A model generated the notes under the pieces. It saw only the letters and a program-made list of their open reading frames with translations. It was not told where the DNA came from and ran no database searches. The position numbers and the translations under genes are program-made. From Dehalococcoidia bacterium (lineage in GTDB: Bacteria; Chloroflexota; Dehalococcoidia; UBA6926), in NCBI GenBank assembly GCA_963666115.2, contig CAXXET010000001.1, forward strand, positions 68,553-132,552: 64,000 bases of DNA, written 5' to 3'. This document shows, in pieces, positions 57,507 through 64,000 of this stretch. Within the stretch, counting starts at the first letter, position 1, and the number at the start of each line of letters is the position of its first letter.

Positions 57507-59489
57507 ATGCCCGAGATAGCAGTCTGGCTGATCATCGCCGCGCCGCTTGCGGCCGCCGTTCTCAACGGCCTCGTCATCCGCCCCGCGTTCGGGCCGGTGA
57601 CGCGGCTTGCCTCCGCCACGACAATCGCCGCCATCGGTCTCTCATTTGCGCTGTCTCTTTGGGCGCTGTCCGCTGTCTGGAGCGGCGACGACCACGCAGT
57701 CGTCCTGCCCCTGCACGAGATCGTAAGGGTGGACGAATTTGCGCTTCGGATCGGTCTGCTGCTGGACGGCCTGACCGCCGTCATGCTGGTCGTCGTCACG
57801 TCCGTCAGTCTGCTGGTCCAAATCTACTCGCACGGCTACATGCTCGAGGACAGGAGCTATGTCCGCTACTACACGTTCATGGCGCTGTTCACGTCCGCCA
57901 TGCTCACGCTCGTGTTGGCCAACAACCTGATTCTCCTGTTCGTCGGCTGGGAGCTTGTCGGACTCTGCTCATACCTCCTGATCGGATTCTGGTTCACGCG
58001 CCCCAGCGCCGCCGCTGCCGCCAAGAAGGCGTTTATCATCACCCGGTTCGGCGACCTCTTCTTCCTGCTCGCCATCCTGGGCATCTTTCTGCTGTGGCCT
58101 GATGACCAGCCCGTCACATTCGCCTTGAGCGACCCCGATTCGTCGATGGACCTCCTGAGCGCTGGCGGGGCAGCGCTGACGGGAACGGGGCTGACGCTGA
58201 TATGTCTTGGCATCATGGCGGGCGCGGCGGGCAAGAGCGCCCAATTCCCCCTCCATACGTGGCTGCCGGACGCCATGGAAGGCCCCACCCCTGTCAGCGC
58301 CCTCATCCACGCCGCCACAATGGTCGCCGCCGGTGTTTTCCTCGTCGCCCGATTCCTGCCGCTATTCGAGGAAGCCGAGACCGCCCGAACCATCGTCGCC
58401 GTCATCGGCGCGTTCACCGTCGTCTTCGCCGCCTCCATGGGCCTTGTTATGAACGACATCAAGCGCGTTCTCGCCTATTCCACCGTCAGCCAGCTTGGCT
58501 ATATGTTCCTCGCCCTCGGACTCGGCGCGCTCGGCCCGGCGCTCTTCCACCTGTTCAACCACGCCTTCTTCAAGGCGCTTTTGTTCCTCGGCTCCGGGTC
58601 CGTCAACCACGCCACCGGCACGTTCGACATGCGCCTGATGGGCGGACTCCGCAAGGCCATGCCCTGGACGTACGGCGTGTTCTTCATCGGCTCGCTGAGC
58701 CTGGCCGGCATCCCGCCGTTCTCCGGCTTCTGGAGCAAGGACGAAATCCTCGGCGTCGCCTGGTCGCACGGCGGCGCGCTCGGCACGGTGCTCTTCGTCC
58801 TTGCCGTCGTTGGCGCGTTCATGACCGCCGCCTACATCTTCCGCGCGCTGTACATGACGTTCCACGGCGAATATCGCGGCGGCGAGACGCAGGAAGCGCA
58901 CGGCTCAGCCGATGCCCACGAGGCCCGCGACGAGGGACACGGCAGCGCCCCGCACGAATCCCCCTGGGTCATGGTCCTCCCCATGGCGCTTTTGGCCATG
59001 CTGGCCGTTGGATCATGGTTCATCAATTTCCCCGCGACGCACTGGTTCACCGACCTTCTCAAGCCGCTTGGCGCGCACGTCGAGGAAATCCAACTCGTTC
59101 CGGCGGCTATCGGCCTTGCCGCAGGGCTGCTGGGCATCGGCGTGGCCACCGCGCTCTACCGGGGCGGCGCAACGAGCGCCCCGTCTGTCAGCGGCCCGCT
59201 CGCGCCCATCGCCACTCTGCTCACCCGCAAGTACTACCTGGACGAACTCTTTGAGGGCGTCTTCGTGCGAACCGTCCTCTACGGCGGCGTGTGGCGATTC
59301 CTCTCGTGGTTCGACTCCGAGAAGGGCGTCGTGGACAGGGCGGTCAACACGCTCGGCCTGTTGGGGCGGAACGTCGGCAAGAGCATCCGCGTCGTTGAGA
59401 ACGGCCAACTGCAGATGTCCCTCACCGTGCTGTCCATCGGCGCGGTGCTCATCGTCGCCGGCTACGTCATCTGGGGAGGCCTGGGCTAA
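57507..59489 (+). CDS. nuoL: Complex I subunit L
   Basis: WLPDAMEGPTPVSALIHAATMV, HAFFKALLF. Confidence 0.96.
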   Translation: MPEIAVWLIIAAPLAAAVLNGLVIRPAFGPVTRLASATTIAAIGLSFALSLWALSAVWSGDDHAVVLPLHEIVRVDEFALRIGLLLDGLTAVMLVVVTSVSLLVQIYSHGYMLEDRSYVRYYTFMALFTSAMLTLVLANNLILLFVGWELVGLCSYLLIGFWFTRPSAAAAAKKAFIITRFGDLFFLLAILGIFLLWPDDQPVTFALSDPDSSMDLLSAGGAALTGTGLTLICLGIMAGAAGKSAQFPLHTWLPDAMEGPTPVSALIHAATMVAAGVFLVARFLPLFEEAETARTIVAVIGAFTVVFAASMGLVMNDIKRVLAYSTVSQLGYMFLALGLGALGPALFHLFNHAFFKALLFLGSGSVNHATGTFDMRLMGGLRKAMPWTYGVFFIGSLSLAGIPPFSGFWSKDEILGVAWSHGGALGTVLFVLAVVGAFMTAAYIFRALYMTFHGEYRGGETQEAHGSADAHEARDEGHGSAPHESPWVMVLPMALLAMLAVGSWFINFPATHWFTDLLKPLGAHVEEIQLVPAAIGLAAGLLGIGVATALYRGGATSAPSVSGPLAPIATLLTRKYYLDELFEGVFVRTVLYGGVWRFLSWFDSEKGVVDRAVNTLGLLGRNVGKSIRVVENGQLQMSLTVLSIGAVLIVAGYVIWGGLG

Positions 59490-59492
59490 GCG

Positions 59493-60974
59493 ATGCAACC
59501 CTTCGACGGCCTCATAACCCTCATCGTCTTCCTGCCCGTCGCAGGGGCGATAGCCATTGCGCTGGCGGGGCGCGAGCAGATGCTTGTTCGCCGCATCGCT
59601 CTCGGCGCAATGATCATCAACCTTGCCCTTGCCACCTACGCCTGGCTTGTCTACAGCGCCAACGGCCCCATTGTGGAGCAGCTTGGCGAATACGGCACGG
59701 ACCCGTGGATACCCGGCGTCAACGCCTCCTACCTGCTGATAATCGACGGCCTCTCCATGCCCCTCGTCTTCCTCACCGCGCTGCTTGGCGTCGTTGCCGT
59801 TCTCGCCTCATGGCACGTCCGGGAGCGCGTGCGCGAGTACCACGTCTGGCTGCTCCTGTTGCTGACAGGCGTGCAGGGCGTATTCGTCGCGGGCGACCTG
59901 CTCCTCTTCTTCCTCTTCTGGGAGGTGGAGCTTGTGCCGATGTACTTCCTGATTGCGATGTGGGGCACCGGCCACCGCGAGTACTCCGCCATGAAATTCG
60001 TCTTATACACGCTGTTCGGCAGCGCGTTCATGCTTGTGGGCGTCCTTGCCCTGCGATTCGCGGTCGGGTCATTCGACATGGAAGTGATGACGCTGGCAGG
60101 GCAGGAGGGCACCCTCCGCCTGGCATTCCTGGGCCTCGACGCGATCTTCCTGATGTTCCTGATCGCCTTTGCCATCAAGCTCCCCGTCTGGCCGCTCCAC
60201 ACCTGGCTGCCGGACGCCCACACGGACGCGCCCACCGCCGTGAGCGTTCTGCTTGCCGGCGTCCTGCTCAAGATGGGCGGCTACGGCCTCATCCGCATCA
60301 ACGTCGGCATGTTCCCCGACGAAATGTCCCAGTGGGCGCCCCTGCTTGTTGTCCTTGCTGTCATCAGCGTCCTTTACGGCGCGGCGGTCGTCTTCCGCCA
60401 AACCGATCTGAAACGTCTTGTCGCCTACTCCAGCGTCAGCCACATGGGGCTTGTGCTGCTGGGCGTTGCGTCGCTCGGCGCGGTCAGCGTCACCGGCGCC
60501 GCCCTCCAGATGTTCGCGCACGGAACCATCACCGGCCTCTTATTCCTCGTCGTCGGCATCATCTACGAAAACGCGCACACGCGGCACATCCCCGATCTCG
60601 GCGGCCTCATGGCGCGGATGCCCGTCGTCGGCGCGGTCTTCGTTCTCGCGGGCCTCGCCAGCCTCGGCCTCCCGCTCTTGAGCGGTTTCGCCGCCGAGTT
60701 GATGGTCTTCCTCGGCAGCTTTGACGCCTACCCGCTAGCGACCGCCCTTGCCGTGCTTGGCATCGTCCTCACGGCGGGCTACATCCTCTGGACGGTGGAG
60801 CGTGTCCTGCTCGGCCCGATGAGGGATCGCTGGCGGTCCGTGAAGGACGCATCGCGCGCCGACTTCGTTGCGATGGCCCTGCTTGTCATCCCAATCATCG
60901 TGGTCGGCGTGTATCCGGCCATCGTGTCCGACGTATTCCGCGACGCGGTGACGACGCTGGTGGGCGGGGGCTAG
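59493..60974 (+). CDS. nuoM: Complex I subunit M
   Basis: HTWLPDAH, LLKMGGYG, AYSSVSHMG. Confidence 0.96.
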   Translation: MQPFDGLITLIVFLPVAGAIAIALAGREQMLVRRIALGAMIINLALATYAWLVYSANGPIVEQLGEYGTDPWIPGVNASYLLIIDGLSMPLVFLTALLGVVAVLASWHVRERVREYHVWLLLLLTGVQGVFVAGDLLLFFLFWEVELVPMYFLIAMWGTGHREYSAMKFVLYTLFGSAFMLVGVLALRFAVGSFDMEVMTLAGQEGTLRLAFLGLDAIFLMFLIAFAIKLPVWPLHTWLPDAHTDAPTAVSVLLAGVLLKMGGYGLIRINVGMFPDEMSQWAPLLVVLAVISVLYGAAVVFRQTDLKRLVAYSSVSHMGLVLLGVASLGAVSVTGAALQMFAHGTITGLLFLVVGIIYENAHTRHIPDLGGLMARMPVVGAVFVLAGLASLGLPLLSGFAAELMVFLGSFDAYPLATALAVLGIVLTAGYILWTVERVLLGPMRDRWRSVKDASRADFVAMALLVIPIIVVGVYPAIVSDVFRDAVTTLVGGG

Positions 60975-60980
60975 ACGGAC

Positions 60981-62504
60981 ATGCCGACGCCAATCGACTA
61001 CTCCTCCCTGGGCATCGACTTCGGCCATCTCGCGCCGGAGATCATCCTGACGGTCGCCGCTATCGCCGTCGTCTTGATAGACCTCGTCGCGCGTGACAAG
61101 CGCGTCCTTGCGTGGCTGAGCGTGGCGGGAATCATCGCATCCGGCGCGGCAGCCGTCTGGCTGTGGACGTCCGACGCGTCCGGCTCCAGCTACGCCGGCA
61201 TCGTCATCACCGATCTCTTTGGCACGTTCTTCAAGCTGGTTGTGCTTGGCGGCACGTTGATTGCCGTCCTCTTCTCTCCCCCCTACGTTGAGCGCCGCCT
61301 GGCGCGATTCCACGGCGAATACTACGGCCTCATCCTCCTCGCCAGCGTGGGCATGATGCTGCTTGTCTCCATGGGCGAACTGATCTCCCTCGTTCTCGCC
61401 TTGGAGATTCAGACCTTCGCGCTTGTCGCGTTGATCGCCCTTCTCAAGGACGAGCGCTCGACGGAATCGGCCCTGAAATTTCTCCTGCTCAGCGCCGTCG
61501 CCACCGCCGTCATGCTCTACGGCATGGCGCTCCTCTTTGGCCTGACCGGCACGACGTTCATCGCGGACATGCCAGGCATCATCGCGGAGCGTGTCACGGA
61601 GGGCGGTGTCGCCAACAACCTTGCGCTCATGCTGGCCGCCGTCCTGATCATCGTCGGGTTCGGCTTCAAGATTTCCAGCGTTCCGTTCCAGATGTGGGCG
61701 CCGCCCGTGTACGAGGGCGCGCCGACTCCTATCGTTGGCTACCTGTCCGTCGCGTCCAAGGCGGCGGGCTTTGCTGTCCTGATGCGCCTGTTTGTCATCG
61801 CGTTTCGCGAGGCCGGATTGGACATGCTCGACTGGCCGCTCTTGATCGGCGCGCTTGCCATTGCGTCTATGACCATCGGCAACATCGTTGCCATCGTCCA
61901 GACCAATATCAAGCGGCTCCTTGCCTACAGCACGATAGCCCAGGCGGGCTACATCCTTGTCGGCGTCGCGGTGATGGGCAACGGCGACGCGCCCGATGTC
62001 TACGAGCTGGCCACGAGCGGCGTCCTGTTCTACCTTGCCGCCTACACGCTCTCCAACCTTGCCGCCTTTGCCGCGCTCATTGCCCTCAACCCGGCGAGCC
62101 GCGACGACTCCATCGACGGGCTGGCGGGCGGCGCGGCGCGCTCCCCGTTCGCTGCTATCGTTCTCACCGTCGCGCTGATTTCCCTTGTCGGCCTGCCGCC
62201 GACGGGCCTCTTCGTCGGCAAGATATACCTCTTCTACGGGGCGGTGCAGGGAGACCTGTGGTGGCTTGCGTTGGCAGGCGCGCTCAACAGCTTCGTCTCC
62301 GCCTACTACTACCTGCGCCCCGTCCGCCGGTTGTGGCAATCCGCCGGAGCGGCAGCCTCCTCCACCGCCACCACCGAGACATCCAATTCCCTCCCACTGC
62401 GCGTATCGATGGCGATAAGCGTCGCCGGCGTCATCATCCTGGGCATCATCCCGTTCTGGCTAATCTCCCGCGCCACAGAAGCCGCCACCTCCTTCACGCC
62501 CTAA
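60981..62504 (+). CDS. nuoN: Complex I subunit N
   Basis: ESALKF, PFQMWAP.VYEGAPTP, KRLLAYSTI, AYYYLR. Confidence 0.95.
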   Translation: MPTPIDYSSLGIDFGHLAPEIILTVAAIAVVLIDLVARDKRVLAWLSVAGIIASGAAAVWLWTSDASGSSYAGIVITDLFGTFFKLVVLGGTLIAVLFSPPYVERRLARFHGEYYGLILLASVGMMLLVSMGELISLVLALEIQTFALVALIALLKDERSTESALKFLLLSAVATAVMLYGMALLFGLTGTTFIADMPGIIAERVTEGGVANNLALMLAAVLIIVGFGFKISSVPFQMWAPPVYEGAPTPIVGYLSVASKAAGFAVLMRLFVIAFREAGLDMLDWPLLIGALAIASMTIGNIVAIVQTNIKRLLAYSTIAQAGYILVGVAVMGNGDAPDVYELATSGVLFYLAAYTLSNLAAFAALIALNPASRDDSIDGLAGGAARSPFAAIVLTVALISLVGLPPTGLFVGKIYLFYGAVQGDLWWLALAGALNSFVSAYYYLRPVRRLWQSAGAAASSTATTETSNSLPLRVSMAISVAGVIILGIIPFWLISRATEAATSFTP

Positions 62505-62512
62505 CAAGAAAT

Positions 62513-62578
62513 CCCTTCTCCCTCAGGAAGAGGGTTAGGGTGAGGGGCAAATGTCATTCTGAGCGCAGCGAAGAATCC
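62513..62578. repeat. Two adjacent short palindromic repeats
   Basis: CCCTTCTCCC...GAGGGTTAGGGTGAGGGG, then TGTCATTCTGAGCGCAGCGAAGAATCC (exact reverse complement of 25375-25401). Confidence 0.75.
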
Positions 62579-62677
62579 AAAGCCTCCCAAGACAAGACCG
62601 ACGTATACTAGACACAGACACAAAACACAAAAAACCTCGCCGCCCCACCCGCGGCGAACCCGAAGGGCGGCACAAAA

Positions 62678-62929
62678 ATGGCAACGGTGCGAGCGCGATA
62701 CGAAAAAGGCGTCCTAACCCCTCTGGAACCCCTTGACCTCGAAGAGGGCAAGGAGGTAGTCGTCTCAGTTCAGGACGACGCCACCGCCAAAGAAGAAGAG
62801 GACTACGAGACCAGGTACGCCAAGTTCGTGAGTGCCGCAGGCGGTTGGAAGGACACTATCGGTGAAGACTTCATCGACATGATCTACGAATCGCGCATCA
62901 CCGGCTCCCGCCACTACCCCCGCGACTAA
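62678..62929 (+). CDS. AF2212/DUF104-family antitoxin
   Basis: VRARYEKGVLTPLEPLDLEEGKEV; TAATG overlap with the PIN gene. Confidence 0.88.
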   Translation: MATVRARYEKGVLTPLEPLDLEEGKEVVVSVQDDATAKEEEDYETRYAKFVSAAGGWKDTIGEDFIDMIYESRITGSRHYPRD

Positions 62930-63327
62930 TGGCGATGCGCTACCTGATCGATTCTGACTGGACAGTTCATTACCTTCGCGGCGCGCGAGACTATATCGAA
63001 CGAATCCGGGGCATGGCTGTGGACGGAATTGGCCTAAGCATCATCTCTCTGGCCGAAGTCTACGAAGGGATCTATTCGTCCGCCAATCCTTCAGGCGACG
63101 AGGGAGTGTTGCAGAGGTTCCTTTCACTCGTCGAAGTCCTGGCCCTTGACGATGAAACGTGCCACATATTCGGGCAGGAGCGCGGACGCCTCCGGGCGCA
63201 GGGCGCCCTGATAGGGGACATGGACATCCTCATAGGCGCAACGGCCCTCCGCCACAACCTCACCCTCCTAACGAACAACCAACGCCACTTTGAGCCAATC
63301 CCCAACCTCCCCATCATCTCCGCCTAA
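62929..63327 (+). CDS. vapC: VapC-family PIN toxin
   Basis: YLIDSD, AEVYEG, DMDILIGATA, LTNN.RHF. Confidence 0.9.
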   Translation: MAMRYLIDSDWTVHYLRGARDYIERIRGMAVDGIGLSIISLAEVYEGIYSSANPSGDEGVLQRFLSLVEVLALDDETCHIFGQERGRLRAQGALIGDMDILIGATALRHNLTLLTNNQRHFEPIPNLPIISA

Positions 63328-63405
63328 GTGCCCGCCACATTCGCGTCCGCTATAATCCACACATCCACTCAACCGGCACAGATCGCGAGGAGGAGACCCC
63401 TGACT

Positions 63406-64000
63406 ATGGCCGAGTTCCTTACCAGAGAAGGCATCGTCCGCAACCTCGACAAGATCATTGAGGAAGCTGCTGAAGAGCTTGTCCTCATCAGTGCGTATAT
63501 CAAGGTGGATGAAGACACCAAGAAGTTGCTCGAAGCGAATCGCACCGTTCCCATTCACGTAATCTACGGGAAGAAGCAGAAGCTGGATGCTAGGGGCTTT
63601 TTCGAATCGCTCGGTGCCAAGATATCCTTCCGCGAGAACCTTCATGCCAAGTGCTACCTGAACGAGAAAGAGGCGCTAGTAACGTCCATGAACCTCCATG
63701 AGTATTCCATGGAGAACAACGATGAAGTGGGGATTCTGGTTTCGAAACGAGATGACCCGGAACTGTATGACGACATTTATCGACAAGCGCGCCGCTGGAA
63801 AGATTCCAGCAATGAGTCGAAGGCGATTGGCAGCGAGCGGTACACCAAGGGCCAGAGCAAGCCAAAGCTGAAGGCAGCGGAATCTCCTGCGCGGTATAGC
63901 GCCGCAAGCAAGCCCAAGGACGGTTTCTGCATCCGCTGTAAAGCCAATTTGGCCGCCAATCCGGAGCGACCGTACTGCCCGGCCTGCTACAAGAAATGGA
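63406..64000 (+). CDS. PLD-family nuclease with C-terminal Cys cluster (partial; absent from ORF track because it runs off the window)
   Basis: MAEFLT..., LISAYIK, NLHAKCYLNE, TSMNL, N.EVG, CIRC...PYCPAC; GGAGG RBS. Confidence 0.85.
   Translation, partial: MAEFLTREGIVRNLDKIIEEAAEELVLISAYIKVDEDTKKLLEANRTVPIHVIYGKKQKLDARGFFESLGAKISFRENLHAKCYLNEKEALVTSMNLHEYSMENNDEVGILVSKRDDPELYDDIYRQARRWKDSSNESKAIGSERYTKGQSKPKLKAAESPARYSAASKPKDGFCIRCKANLAANPERPYCPACYKKW

Overview
High-GC bacterial chromosomal window. The gene content (11-subunit complex I lacking nuoEFG, ThyX, class V FBP aldolase/phosphatase, form II CoxL paralogues, ERG4/ERG24 reductase) suggests Chloroflexota/Dehalococcoidia (SAR202-like); this is inference, not a database result. 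In order: tgt; a retropepsin-thrC-like/NIL/MoaD sulfur-carrier unit; fbp-rdgB-moaA-moaC; thyX; a terpenoid locus (MpaB/Lcp-type oxygenase with a G16 tract at its 5' end, hpnE-hpnD-hpnC-yjbQ, divergent sterol reductase); an atypical PfkB kinase, a methyltransferase and a stand-alone A-T-R NRPS-like reductase resembling fungal glycine-betaine reductase; tRNA-Val/Arg(GCG)/Leu; pgi; an EamA-amidohydrolase-asparaginase-like operon; an AbiE-like pair; a pyrE/degenerate PRTase/carbamoylase/pyrK/pyrD block next to a Mo-hydroxylase with two large subunits; an AAA ATPase-DUF4276 pair; ychF; a frameshifted pseudokinase-PQQ gene; holA; an orphan oppD; nuoABCDHIJK-orf-LMN; a VapBC pair and a partial PLD nuclease. 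The best candidates for undescribed biology are the pyrimidine/orotate Mo-hydroxylase module, the squalene-oxygenase-sterol reductase locus, the ATRR-like reductase, and synonymous G-depletion at the 3' ends of transcription units. All family calls are by eye from motifs.
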